From positions 620,001 through 684,000 of the forward strand of contig NC_134025.1 of NCBI RefSeq assembly GCF_964204645.1: a stretch of DNA of 64,000 nt, in the 5' to 3' direction. A program made the translations under genes and the position numbers. The notes beneath the pieces were generated by a model. That model did no database searches. It had not been told where the DNA came from and saw only the letters and a program-made list of their open reading frames with translations. This document shows positions 1 to 12,850 of this stretch, piece by piece. Within the stretch, counting starts at the first letter, position 1. The number at the start of each line of letters is the position of its first letter. The stretch is from Tubulanus polymorphus. Lineage: Eukaryota; Animalia; Nemertea.

Positions 1-270
1 CCAGATTTTGGCTGGTTTATTCCCAGATTTTTGCTGGTTCAGTTCCAGATTTTGGCTGGTTTATTCCCAGGTTTTTGCTGGTTCAGTTCCAGATTTTGGC
101 TGGTTTATTCCCAGATTTTTGCTGGTTCAGTTCCAGATTTTGGCTGGTTTATTCCCAGATTTTTGCTGGTTCAGTTCCAGATTTTTGCTGGTTCAGTTCC
201 AGATTTTGGCTGGTTCAGTTCCAGATTTTGGCTGGTTCAGTCCTTGGTTTTTTGCTGGTTTAGTCCCAGG
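1..270. repeat. Minisatellite, 22-bp units alternating as a 44-bp higher-order repeat (ccagattttggctggtttattc / ccagatttttgctggttcagtt); runs off the window edge
   Basis: Direct tandem periodicity; it explains the repetitive ORFs 8..343, 31..291 and 75..263. Confidence 0.95.
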
Positions 271-988
271 TTTTTGCCAGTTTTATTATAAGGGCTTTTG
301 CCGATTCCTTCATCAGAGGTCGATAATATTTTCCTGTTCTTAAATGATTAACTCGTTTCATTTGCTGAGGAGTTTATCTAGAATCAATCCATCCATGTTT
401 GTATGGATTTATTTGTATCAAAGAGTTTCTGTTTATTTTCATTAACCTCAATACTACTCGAAGGGTAAGTATTTGTACTTATCACTTATCAGCAAGGTAA
501 GTTACATAGCTGAATAGTTGGCATAGATAAAACATACTCCGTTGTTGTGTGAATAAACAGCTATAGTAATTAGTATCAATACCCAGATCTAATTACATCA
601 ATGATGCACTGAGTAAAACACATCAAACATCTTAAAAACAATGACAGTAAAACTTGCTTTTATTAAGAGGATCATTTTAAAAGTACGAATTGGAATGGAA
701 ATAAATATTGGGACAATAAAAATAGAGATGACTTCAGTAATGTGACGAATTATCTAAATGATGACTTCACTTAGTTTTAACTGAATTATACAAATACAAA
801 TTGGAACTCAAAACTAAGAGACTTAATGAGTGTTGACCTACAACAAATTTGCTTTTGATTACAATGAAACAATTTGTGTGAAAATGTCCACACAAATTGT
901 TACAATGTAAATCAAAAGCTTATATATTTTGTGTTAAATTCACTGATTTCTCCTGGAGCGCGTGTCGCCTGTGTTTTATATTACTTAC

Positions 989-1456
989 AGGGTTAGTATA
1001 AGGTAGTGTAGCCAGATCAACAAACTCCGAATTCAACTTATCACGAATCATTGTCAATAACTGAACCTTTGGATACAAAACTAACGCCTTTTTCCCTTCT
1101 TCGTATTCGTCTAATTTCTTCTTAGCGAAAGCTCCAGCCGAGAATGTAGCTATCCTTTCATGAACGGGAGTTTGAAAATAAGACGTCGTTTGAGAAGTGA
1201 CTTCGTCGTAATCGTCGTAATTTTTCGGTTCTTCCAAAGTAAAATAAACAGCAGTTCCTCCTAATTCTCTGAGATTTTTAACGGCTTGTAAAATATCCTT
1301 TCTATGTTTCGGAATAACCACACCGATCGCGTCCAGATCCGGCTGTCCGATCTGTTTACAAATCTCCAGGTCATCGTAACCGTTATCCAAGAAAGCTTGC
1401 GTATATTTGGCTAAAGTAAGAGAGCGTAGCCACTCTTCCACGATATTATCAGCCAT
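989..1456 (-). CDS. SAMD5: SAM-domain protein, SAMD5-like (N-terminal exon of a SAMD5/SASH1/SKIP-type gene); continues beyond the window start
   Basis: MADNIVEEWLRSLTLAKYTQAFLDNGYDDLEICKQIGQPDLDAIGV matches the SAMD5 SAM signature (F.DNGYDDLE.CKQIG.PDLDAIGV). GTAAGT donor on the minus strand at 988. An in-frame upstream ATG lies at 1477. Confidence 0.85.
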
Positions 1457-2538
1457 GTCTAAAAGACACGGACTCATCCGATCTGTAAAATTAACACTTT
1501 ACATCGTAGATATTATACAAATAAACTATCGGCGAAAGTTAGAAACTTGTACGCCGCGGAAAAACGATGATATGAAGGTTTATTTGACAGCAACATGACA
1601 ATCGCGACTGTCTAAAACATCCATGATGTTTAGACTGAATTAGTGCTGCGCCCTATCGGCGTTTATCAGAACACAAATACAAACCTGTGTAGAGGGCGAC
1701 ACCTCCTGGTGGTAAAATACAAATCTCATTCATTGCGGGCTAGCAATCATCCGACGATAGAACCATCAGCTCGTGATGCCAAATGAATCATGCTCGTCTA
1801 TTCACAATACCGATATACTGATTTAAGACCCACCCATGAATCAACACAGCTGTCGTCGGGATCCTCAATTTGCTGTGGTCAATCAACGCTTTGTAACAGA
1901 TGGGATGTTAGTAACACTTTCACCTCCTCCTTCCACAAAGAAAATACTGACTCATTTTTCCATCCATCAATTTTTAATAAAAATATCAATATAATGCTAT
2001 TATATTCAGAATACATCAGAGCCTATCAAGCAGATACAATTTATATAGTAGACTCTGCTTACCCTGCAGTCAATTGCCTCAGATCCATGTGCCCCAGATA
2101 ATATATTCAACTGGTCCGGTATTTATTGGTCCGACGAGATCTAACACAATCAATAGTCTACTAAACATAGAATCAGTAAGAGCAAGAATAAGTAGTAAAC
2201 AGGGCTAAACATCTGAAAACTGTTATCGGTAACAAATTTTTATCAGGAACATTTCATTGAAATATGAAAGAAAATGTTTAAATTAATCAGTATCAATGGG
2301 GTTAGTTAGACCCTCAGTAAAATCTTTCATATTACTGTACACATCAAACAAATCAAATCATTATTTCTCAGGACAAAATGGATACAAAATATATAGGAAG
2401 TTAGGAACTAAATCATCATCAGGGATTGATTTCTCATTGTCAAACAGAACACATTCCGGTAGATTCTTTAAAAAATCCCTGAAACATATTTTCAAACATT
2501 TATAGATTCGAATTCCTAAGTGCCGCGAGAATTAAAGA

Positions 2539-5500
2539 TCATCGTGAATCAGTGGTTGATTTTAATGACCAGGTTGATGTGATGCTTGCTAGGTCTTCAT
2601 CATCCGATATATCTGAATCAGATAGTTGCCTAGGCGATAGACGACATTGTCGACTTAGGAACTGAGGAAGTTTTCCGCACGAAGCCATTAATAGTCCTAA
2701 GAACGGCGGAGATGGAGTCATAGGCCGCGACAGATATTCTGGATGATATTGGACTCCGACGAAATATGGATGACCTGTTGAAATAAAATACATTTCTTAA
2801 TCAATCTTCAGATGTAGCTTTAAGACACGTTCATACTATAATTCATGTCATCCTAGAAATTGAGGTGTTTTCAAGAAGTATTCATAACAAAATTTAGAGG
2901 TTGTGTGATAAATTATCCCCTTTTTAAAATCAACTTTCATATTTTTTCTTTAATGAACGAATTCAATACCTTCTAATTCTAATATTTCCATTCTTTCTCC
3001 ATCAACATCTTGGCCGACAAATTTCATTCCGTACTTTTCGAATTCAGGAACATATTTCGGATTCACCTGTGAAAATAAAATTCAAATTGCAATTTACATG
3101 AACTTTCCTGAACAAACAACGCAGAATAATCTGCTGAGATCAGTTGAGACCAAAGAGAGAAATCTGAATTAAGCATCACATTAACCCTAGTTTATCTGTA
3201 GATGGCGATATAAATTAAACTGATCTGAATTAAAGAGGTTTGACTGTGTTTATACCTCGTATCGATGCCTATGTCTCTCTTCTACAAATTCGGGATTTCC
3301 GTAAAGTTTTCCTAAAAATAAATTCAGACAAAAATTAAACTTTTCATCTCAGTGAATTATAGATTTATTTAGAGGATAGAAAGAACACTCACTAATAACA
3401 GAGTCGTCAGATTTAAATATAGTTTTACGTTTGCCTAATCTCATTGTTCCGCCCAAATCACCAGGATTGTGTTCAGGCATTTCTATCACCTACAAATAAA
3501 CAATCAATCCATCAGTAGTGGAAATACTCGTACAGTCAACTCATATACTTGTACAATCAATGTGGAGCGGTATGGCTGAGTGGAGAGAGTTCGGCTCTGG
3601 AAAGCCAGGTCGGGGGTTTGAACCCTGTACATTGCCTTAGTGTCCTCGGGCAAGACACTTATCCTCATCGCCTCTCTCCACCCAGGAGTTAGAGGGTACC
3701 TGGCCTCATAGATGACTCCTGAGCACTTTTTAGCAGCTTGGTGTTGTATCAAAATGACCGAAATAATGAATTCAAATAATACCGAAAAATGTAAAGCGCT
3801 CTGAGCAGCCTAGCTGGATTTAGCGCTATATATTACACATATCATATATTATAACTCATGATTACGCTTCAGTTTCGGTACCAGTAGCTTTTATACCCAG
3901 AAAACTGATGATGGCTGATAATGAAAGAGTAATAATGAACTTACAACAGGATGAGACGTATCTGGATCCATCTCGGTTGAATGAGCATCGCTCCAACCTA
4001 AAACATTCCTGGCGAACTCTATAACAGCACCTTGTAAACCTAAACACACTCCTAAAAACGGCATTTTCTGCGCTCGACACCAGGTTATAGCACTGATTTT
4101 ACCTTCCGTTCCACGCTGACCAAATCCACCAGGAACTATCACACCACTGATAAATAATCAATAGAATAACGTCAATTATAGTATCTCAAATCATCGAGCT
4201 GCAGGGATGAGATTGGTTATAACAACTCCCTATTGAAATTCATCACAAGGGTTCCTATAGGTCAGGGAATACAATATCCCAAACTTTTCACAGACACTCG
4301 TCAAGAAATTCACGGATTAAATTATAAGATATTCTCAGTGGGGGCTGAGGTTCCTTGTGCCATTCGTCACCAGCAAGAACAAGACACCAAAAATTCAAAT
4401 TCCCTGATTTATAAAGTAGAGTTGGAATTCCCTGATCTAATAGAACCCTGGATCCCGATAGGGGACACGAATTATGGAAACATACTTAGCACTACAGAGC
4501 TGCTGCCACGCCTCGTGATACCTGACTGCATCAACTTGCTGAGTTTCATTTTCTAAATCTGCAGCCTCTATACACTTAACACACGCAAAAATAATCTATT
4601 AATACTTCGACCGTTTATAGGCCTACGGGTGAGAGTCTTCAATAGGTAAGGGATAGATGATTACCTTGAGATTCAGCCTATGATTACATGCTAGCGCCGC
4701 GTGTTGAAGAGCTTTCATCACAGATGCGTATGAGTCATCGAGTTTCGTGTACTTTCCGACCAGAGCAATAGTTACTTCTTTCAACATACGATCGTATCTA
4801 AAATGGCATCACTGATCACATCACTGACAGATCACGGACTGATCACATCACTGACTGACCACATCACTGACTGATCACATCACTGACTGATCATGTGACT
4901 GATCACATCACCGACTGATCACATCATCGACTGATCAAAGGATGATCTGAAAACAAACCTGTCGGCTAAATCCCTCCATTTCGACAACATACGTTTCGGT
5001 TTAGTGACGTTTAAATGTAATCTTTCCGTTAAATATTGAACGATATTCTGTTCCGCCATCATTAATGGAACTCGATAAATAGACGAAACGTCGTGAACGC
5101 AGAGGACTTGTTCAGGACCGACGTGACAAAACATCGATACTTTCTCTTTCACTGGTTGTTGTAATTTAGATTGACTGCGACATACAATCTACAAATATAC
5201 ACAATACATTCTCAAACTCAACGTTAGATTTTAGAAAGAAAGACGCAAGAGCCGGACTTACTAAATCAGGAGATAACCCTAAACCACGCAATTCACGTAT
5301 ACTGTTCTGTGTCGGTTTAGTTTTCTGTTCTCCTGTCGCTTTAGGCTGAAATAGAAGAACATAATTCGAGGTAAATTCAATGTGTAACTGTTTTTATGCT
5401 CTATATAATATTTCACCCCTAATTTGTATCACATCTCAATCTGTTTGTTCTGTATTGTCTTTATTAGCACAATTAACCAAACATTCATAAGTATTTATGA

Positions 5501-7125
5501 AAGAACTTTAGATATCATATAATTTTGTCCACAAGATATGAGCCGAAGGAAACATTTTCAGACTCTATTTTTCTTTCTTATTGTAGGATTTTATACCATA
5601 TAACTCAGAGGTTCATTAATATTTGCTAACAGCAGACGTTCAGATTACTTACCTCTGGAACTAGACTGACGTGAAGGGAACAGAAATTTTCTTTTTTTAC
5701 TCGGAATTGAAATTGACGAAATGCTTCAACGAAACACATACCTTCGATATCACCGATTGTTCCTCCTAACTGTTAATTCACAAATAAAACGCATTCATTT
5801 CATTATAATAATTCACATGATTTCTCAATTTTTTTCTCCTGTCAATATTTACCTCGATAATACAAACATCCGGAGTCTCGTTCGTCCCATCTACTGGAAC
5901 TTTGGCTACTTTTTCAACCCATTCTTGAATAGCATTCGTAATATGAGGCACAACTATAGATATTCATCAACAAAATACATTTATTAGATTAAGTGTAATT
6001 TCTAAAGTTAAGGACAACGATATACATGTACATTGAACTGTACTCAAACATACATTGAACTGTACTGTTATGTACGATGAACTATTGATACAAACCTTGT
6101 ACTGTTTTACCCAGAAATTCACCCTTTCTTTCTTTGTTTATAACTTGTTGATAAATTTTTCCGGTCGTTATGTTGTTATCTCGCGTCAATTTAACGTCGA
6201 GAAATCGTTCGTAATTTCCTAAATCTAAATCGACTTCACCACCATCATCTAAAACATACGTCTCTCCTAAAAACAAAAACAAAATATAAAACACCCTTGA
6301 ATTCACGTAATAATGATAATATAATGAATAGTCATCTTCCTGAAGATAAACTATTAGTATCAGGAAATATTTCAGTAGTAGTTAAAGTCTTGTTGAAATA
6401 AATCATCAACTGACTTATTTTTTCTCTTGTGTGAAGGAATTTTATACCAGGAATTAATTTTAATATCGGAACAAATCCATATTGATTTCTGGTGTTAAGC
6501 ATCTGTTTTTTGTTTCGCAATAAATAACCAGTAACTGACTCTCAACAGAATTGATTGAAATTGGAAACTTCTCTTGTAAAATGCAAACTGATTTTACGCG
6601 AAGTAAATATCTGTACACAACACGATACAGTAACATGTGGCGCTTGTGAATTTCAGAATCGGGGACATTTACTCAGGAAAATAATAGAATAAAAAGAATT
6701 AACTATCAATGACAAAAGCGTTAATTTTCAATGATGTCCATTCATTTTCAATAATATGTAGTTTGACAGGGATAGTGCATGATCAAACATATAATGATTA
6801 ATTTCACTTTCACTATTCTTGATTAAGTTTTAATCTAGAATTTGAATTAATTCAACAATTTCTGATATTTTCAACTTAACAACAATCACACAAATTTTCC
6901 AACAGCCCGGAACTGGAACCTGTGTTTTAAAATGTATCTTTTTCAGGTGAAATACTAACCGTGTTCGTAAGGTGAGAAAGTTCCAGCATCGATATTAATA
7001 TACGGATCAATTTTAATAGATGTGACTCTAACTCCGCATGATTTTAATATAGTTCCGACACTACTGGCTATAACTCCTTTACCGATACCACTGATAACAC
7101 CTCCAGTTACCAGAACATACTTCAT
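2539..7125 (-). CDS. CTPS: CTP synthase, about 13 coding exons
   Basis: [18 protein letters not shown]-terminus, [15 protein letters not shown], catalytic GVCLG and QYHPE glutaminase motifs. Approximate exons: 7125-6960, 6267-6097, 5955-5854, 5768-5652, 5346-5263, 5188-4959, 4797-4665, 4575-4484, 4147-3944, 3490-3392, 3311-3256, 3066-2970, 2775-2539, with GT-AG boundaries. Confidence 0.97.
3564..3834 (+). mobile_element. tRNA-derived SINE with CORE/Nin-like body and L2-type 3' tail, in a CTPS intron
   Basis: A box tggctgagtgg, B box ggtttgaacc, body gtgtcctcgggcaagacactta...ctctccacccagg, tail tgtaaagcgctctgag...tagcgctatata. Confidence 0.8.
4246..4450. mobile_element. Non-autonomous DNA transposon (hAT-like MITE) in a CTPS intron
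   Basis: Imperfect TIRs agggttcctataggtcaggg ... ccctgatctaatagaaccctg, similar to the element at 49477-49750. Confidence 0.6.
4808..4937. repeat. Degenerate ~16-bp tandem repeat (cactgactgatcacat) filling most of a CTPS intron
   Basis: Direct periodicity. Confidence 0.85.
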
Positions 7126-7924
7126 CTTACTGTTCAATATACTTCGCCAAGCCACACTACAAATATACAAATACATTTGATTCAGTTATTCATTCGTATA
7201 AACTTTGTCATTTATTGATTTTCACAGATGTTTGATTTATCATGAAATGAATTTAGGTCAAAAACTGAAAACGGCAGCATTTGTGACAGTTGCAACTTAT
7301 TACCTTTAAAACAATATTATAATAAGTAAAGTATGTCACACAACTGGCAATTGTCAGTTTGACTTAAATTGATTTAGAAACTCTTCGAGACAGTCTGAGA
7401 CTATATCCATCATAGAAAAGTGACCATCATACAAACTACAAATGCCTAAATCCAGAACTAACACTGAGTCCAAACTAACAATACAAAAACATAATTGTTC
7501 TAATTACTGCTGCTGGTGGGTGGCATTGACACTGACAGACCTCTGAATTAACTAGAAATAAATGCTCATTCATGTGGAAATATTGAAAAGATTTCCAGCA
7601 ACATCTGCTGGATGTTTTCATTATTAACTTTTTGTCTTCACAGCCGGTGGCAATTCCAGTCACAGTCCTAACTCGAGGTCTCTTGAAATAAGTTTGATGC
7701 GAGGGAGACACGAATCTGGGTACCCATTGCTTTCAGAATTGTTTGCGCGGTATCGTCACTTTCGACTCACACACACCACCACAGTAGTACACACGGGTGG
7801 CAAAAAGTAACATCTTTCGACGCGAAAACCAAGAATTTAAATATACGCAGATAAAAATCGGGCTAAAAATCATATTCAAATTATTGCATTTTCAATTAAC
7901 ATCAAATTTCTTATTTGTACTCGC

Positions 7925-8513
7925 CTGAATATGTTCTTAATGGATATTTTTTGGTAACTAATTGATTTCGCGGGAGCGCAAAAAACACATGGATTTCACT
8001 TCCGGCTTTTAGCGAAACTGCACATAGACTGGTTGTCGGATTTGTAGGTGGCGCGGAATACGATTGGCAACCAGTCTCCTAACGAGTGGCACGTCAATTT
8101 TCAATAATCCACGAAATATGTGCACAATGGATTCAAAAAAGCTTTAAATCGAATAAAGTAAATTTTGAAATAATGAGTATTTCATTGGTATCTGCAAAAT
8201 ATTTCACGAATGACTGAAAATGAAATTATGTTCCATCGGTTCAGCGACCCACAGTTTTTAATTTAGAATGAACTTAATTATGCACTTTTCGGCGACTCAT
8301 TTATGAGATATTTGTAAATTTGAAAACGAATAATACAATATTCATATCTTAGAATAAGCAAATATACATCGAAATAAGAAATATAAATCGTGATAAAACA
8401 GATGTCATCGTTTGTTTCATCGTTTAATGTGTCTCTGTTTACATCTTACACCTCATTTACATATCCATATGATGCAGTGCGCATGCGTGCACACACTGCA
8501 CAAAGACTGCTCG
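7925..8513. promoter_or_regulatory. Divergent (bidirectional) promoter region of CTPS and SINHCAF
   Basis: Head-to-head genes. ETS-like cacttccgg (~7997), NRF1-like tgcgcatgcg (~8478), putative non-coding first-exon donors at ~7924 (-) and 8514 (+, cg|gtaagt). Confidence 0.6.
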
Positions 8514-9614
8514 GTAAGTGAGTTTTACTTCTTTCTCGATATCGCTTCACATTTTCTATAATTTTATAAAATATCGACATTGAATTTCGATGACGTTCAG
8601 ATGAGTGGTTAGTCGAGATTTTGAAGAATGTTTCAGGCGGGTTTTGTAACGATCCATGTTGAATTAAGTGTTAAATCGGCGTTTTGAAACGCGCGTGTTC
8701 AGATCTGCGCAGATTGGACTCGGAAAATCGGGCTCGGTTCCAACTGAGTTCCTATCTCAATTTTACTCTCCTATTTGTCATATTTCTAGTAATTGTCATC
8801 GTTGAAATACGTATTAAGTTTGTAATTCGAAGTTTACTGATGATCTGTCAGCGAAAATAAATCGGTTATCTTTGATGAATTTAGAATCTGATCGATTTGA
8901 AGATCGAGTAAATTGGGAGCCGTGCCGGGTCGGTCGCGTTGGTTGCGATGTTCGTCGCTCCTTATTGTTTAGCTTAGAAACAAATGAGTTGAGGTCTTTG
9001 AATAGTGTTTGTTTTTGAGTGGTCTATTTAATTTGGACTCTCAATTCAGATAGGTCATTCCAGTGTATGGGTATAAGATATCAGCTGGGTTTATATTACA
9101 GCAAATATAAGAAACTGCTGGGCTGAGTGACTCAGGCTCTATTACATAAATTATGCATAATGAAGAGAGTAGTGAGTGAGAGAGAGTTTGCCTCTGAACT
9201 CTTAATAAAATACTGAATGAAATTGCCTTGTGTTTATAGTAAACATGAAATATTTGATAGTAACTGATAAGGTTATTCTACTGGTTTATTAGGACGAGTA
9301 CTTGTAGATTTAGACTCTGGTTTTATTCATAACAGTTTGAAGTCACTGTGTTAATAGGAAACGATGTCAAGAAAGCTATAAATAGATAGTAATATTATAT
9401 TAGGTCAGATCGCTGTCATCTACTGGTTCATTCACGGGTCATAGCACTGATTACCTGGAAACAGAGACATTCACCGGAATAAAGATGATTCTAGAATATT
9501 CCTGGCTTTTATATTTCCTGGAACATAGTTTGACATGAATCTATTTTTATTTCAGGTTTCTTGAAGGTTTTGATCTCAGCGTAGAATCAACATCTCCTCA
9601 CCCTCACTGTCAAC

Positions 9615-11598
9615 ATGTTCAGTTTCCATCGACCGAAGATCTATCGTAGTCATTACGGTTGTTGTATTTGTCGCGCGAAATCTTCTAGTTCACGATTCAC
9701 AGATAGTCTCAAATATGAGTCCGACTTTGTGAGATGTTTTAATATATCCGAACACAGAGCAGGTGAAATCTGTAACGCGTGCGTACTGTTAGTGAAACGC
9801 TGGAAGAAATTACCACCAGGATCAACAAGAAACTGGGAACATGTGAGTAATTACCCGTAGTTTGGAGATAACACCCCCTAAAATGTGAAGAGCCTCATTT
9901 ATGTCATTTTGGCCACTTTTGTCGACTGATGAAAGAGAGGACACTGTTTGAAATGTGATGTTTGAATTGTTTTAGGTCGTTGATGCAAGAGCCGGTCCCG
10001 GAACTAAATCAATGAGTAAAATACGTAACAATAACAACAGCAACAACAATGGGAACAATTTACCAAAACCGGAAACCTTTAAGAAACACGTGACTAAAAA
10101 ACGTAAACATAAACATGTGCGAAAAAGCCACAGTGAATTATCGGATGAAGTTCGTAAGTATCTGATATATCAATATCACGAATATCAATATCAGCAATTT
10201 TAACTCATTGAGATTCATGAAATATCGTAAATATCAGTTGTGATAGTGATACATGATAGTTGTCGAATAAACACTATAATCCGTGTATACTGTAGATAAA
10301 TGAAGAAATAGATCTTAGGAAGAGAGTTGGTTATTCGGATAAATGAAGAAATCCCACAATTCGAATTTAAAATTATACTATCAAATTTATTATTTTGAAA
10401 CCACAACGTTTCAGCTGTTGACTAACAGCCATCATCAGGTGGAATGATGATGACTGTTGACTTACAGCCATCATCAGGTGGAATGATGATGGCTGTTGAC
10501 TTACAGCCATCATCAGGTGGGATGATGATGGCTGTTGACTGACAGCCATCATCAGTTGGAATGACCAGAAAAACAAGTTACAAAACATAAACTCACAGGA
10601 TCTAAAATTTTTAAAACATGATGTTTGTATTTATATTAACAGAGATTGAATTAGGGATACGAGCTACGAGACAGTGTCAATATAGAGCACCTAGTCCTGT
10701 TTACAGCGATCTATCCGAGGACTCTAACGAACTGCCAGATTCAATGCAACAATTCAATCAATGTAGCTCATTTTTAGATCTATCTTACTGGAAGAGGTAA
10801 GTGTCATTTTATCAAACCAACTGTCAGTGTGGTTTTCAAATTGTGAATCACAAGTAATGATAAAACGTCCGCTGAATTGACCAAAAGTACAATTAAGTAA
10901 GAAATGAAAATCCACCAGTGGCGCTACCAGCTGGCAACATAGTTAACTATGAAACCAAAACCATGATCTACTGCCTGCCACAAAATTATAGCCAGTTGCA
11001 CAGTCGTGACTTAAGTCCACAAGTGGTCTTTAATCTTAAAACTGGTCTTAAATTGTTAGATTGGCTATAGAACAAAGTTGGTCTTAAGTCTATGCCATGA
11101 CTAGGCAACCGGCCCCAGATTTTGAAACTCTTCTGGAGACTTCTTTTCTACTCTCTCAGTGTTTGGTATTGTTTTCATTGAAGTGTAGAGAAAATCTCAA
11201 AACGAAGACTAACCACAAAGCGGTTGATGCTCACTTGCCGCAGTAGTAGCACTCATTGATTGTCAGTTGAATTGCCTCGGAACTGACTATAATTGTATGT
11301 TTTATTATGTAGGACGAAGATCTGTTGCGGTATAATTTTCACCGGACCTCACGGTGAGGTGATGGTCGACCCTAGTTTACTCAAACCGTGTAACTCGTGT
11401 AAGAAAGATGGCGCCACCGGGATCTCCGACCCGCAACAGAGCGATGGAGAAAGTAACCATAGCAACGATAAATCGATGCCGACAACGATAGAGGATGAAA
11501 TGATTGATGATGATCTGTTAGATGAAGATGAAGATGATGATGTTTATGATGATGACATGGAACAGTGTATAATAGACGAGGCAGTTATAGAATCTTAA
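9615..11598 (+). CDS. SINHCAF: SIN3-HDAC complex-associated factor (FAM60A/SINHCAF)
   Basis: MFSFHRPKIYRS..GCCICRAKSSSSRFTDS..YE..F..CF...R.GEICNACVLLVKRWKKLP.GS..NW.HVVDARAGP, plus the C-terminal FLDLSYWKR..ICCGIIF.G..GEV..DP motif. Exons 9615-9842, 9976-10153, 10643-10796, 11313-11598 are phase-compatible. Confidence 0.95.
10399..10447 (-). ncRNA. Minimal type I hammerhead ribozyme motif (Penelope-like element type)
   Basis: Minus strand reads ccac-CTGATGA-t-ggctgtt(agtc)aacagct-GAAA-cg-T-T-gtgg: stem I ccac/gtgg, 7-bp stem II, palindromic ACGT stem III and a GUU cleavage triplet, followed by aataaa. Confidence 0.7.
10415..10565. repeat. 39-bp tandem repeat (~4 copies), each a hairpin acagccatcatca-loop-tgatgatggctgt
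   Basis: Direct periodicity; derived from the 5' half of the adjacent hammerhead. Confidence 0.9.
10991..11116. mobile_element. MITE family C (Harbinger/Tourist-like); another copy at 22088-22225, fragment at ~55755-55822
   Basis: TIRs gccagttgcacagtcgtgactta ... catgactaggcaaccggc; near-identical inverted copy at 22088. Confidence 0.8.
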
Positions 11599-11874
11599 TG
11601 AAGGTTAATTTAGGTCAATTTAAAAGTGTTGAATTAGAGTGAATGTTGAGAGTGAGAGTCGTAAATTATTTGTATGTTTGTCGCGCGTGAGCTCCGTATT
11701 TATATACAAAACATTAACATCGTTTTATACAAGCACCACGGCGGGGTACTGGTGGTTAAATCACAGTCTGTACAGTCTACCGGGGGGTACTGGTGGTTAA
11801 ATCACGGTCTGTGGAGTACCGGCTACTGTACTGAATCAGGAAAATGAAGTCAGTAGTTTGATTGTATCGGATGT

Positions 11875-11993
11875 CACTGGTGGCTCCCTCTAGTGGTTAT
11901 TTTGGCACCACCACTGGCTCCCTCTATTGGTTTTATCAGTCACTGGTGGCTCCCTAGTGGTTATATTGGCTTCACTGGTGGCTCCCTCTACAG
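11875..11993. promoter_or_regulatory. Tandem array of four CTCF-like motifs (tggctccctctagtgg and variants)
   Basis: Reverse complement ccactagagggagcca fits the CTCF core CCAC(C/T)AG(A/G)(G/T)GGCGC; four copies at ~32-bp spacing. Confidence 0.55.
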
Positions 11994-12801
11994 GCATTGT
12001 GTACGTTAACATCCCCTGAATGCCACCGAAATTGTAGCAAAATGTAACGATTGTTTTGAGTTGAACCAGTCTGTGATGGTGCGTTCAATAAATACCGGTA
12101 ATTAAACCATCACTATTTCAGCTGATCTTATTAAAACCCGACTTGCATTTCAGTACGAAACAGAAAAATCAAACCCTTTAAAACTTAGTAAAAAAAAATG
12201 ATAGAAAAGTCAAATATTTTATCATTTATATTATTCACGTATACGACTAAGGGTTTTATACAGCATTTACTTTTTTACTTTTTTATTTAAAACGGACAAA
12301 AAATAGTTGATTCTACGTATTGTATGAGCGGGTATGGAATATCACTGGTGAATTCTCATCATACAATACATAGAAAACAACCTACTAATGATAAAATACA
12401 GGGTGGGAGGGGCTTCGTGAATGATTGACGTATTAAACAGGGTGTGGTGGAGTCTTTATTTGTTCCCTATTTATTGTTTTATCTTCTTTCTTCGTTAAAA
12501 TATAAATTATATTAAAACTATACAATTTTTCGCGCTCTCCAGAATTTACCTTAGCAGAAAATTCCCAACGAAATGAATTTTCATTGATGAACAAATTGAG
12601 ATAAGGGGGTTGGGTTGGGTCGGGGTGGGGAGCAAAACGAGTCTGAAATGTTTTTGAAGAAATTGATTTGATATCGGTTGAAAAAGTGTTTGTTTTTGTG
12701 TTGAGCTTCAAATTAGATTTAAATGAGTTTTTAATGTTTAGAATTTGTGACAGTTATTTTAAAAGTCAAACCAGTTTTGATGATTTCGTTGATGGTGGCT
12801 G

Positions 12802-12850
12802 TGATGATGATGATGATGACGATGACGACGATGATAATGATGATGATGAT
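12802..12850. repeat. (GAT/GAC)n microsatellite in the probable SINHCAF 3' UTR or downstream region
   Basis: Trinucleotide run. Confidence 0.9.

Noticed and set aside
8-343. Three overlapping ORFs at the window start
   Set aside because: Translations of the 22/44-bp tandem repeat.
3880-3930. ctgatga...gaaa motifs here and at ~8837, and gaaacgtc at ~20150 (-), as further hammerheads
   Set aside because: No supportable stems I and II around the core nucleotides.
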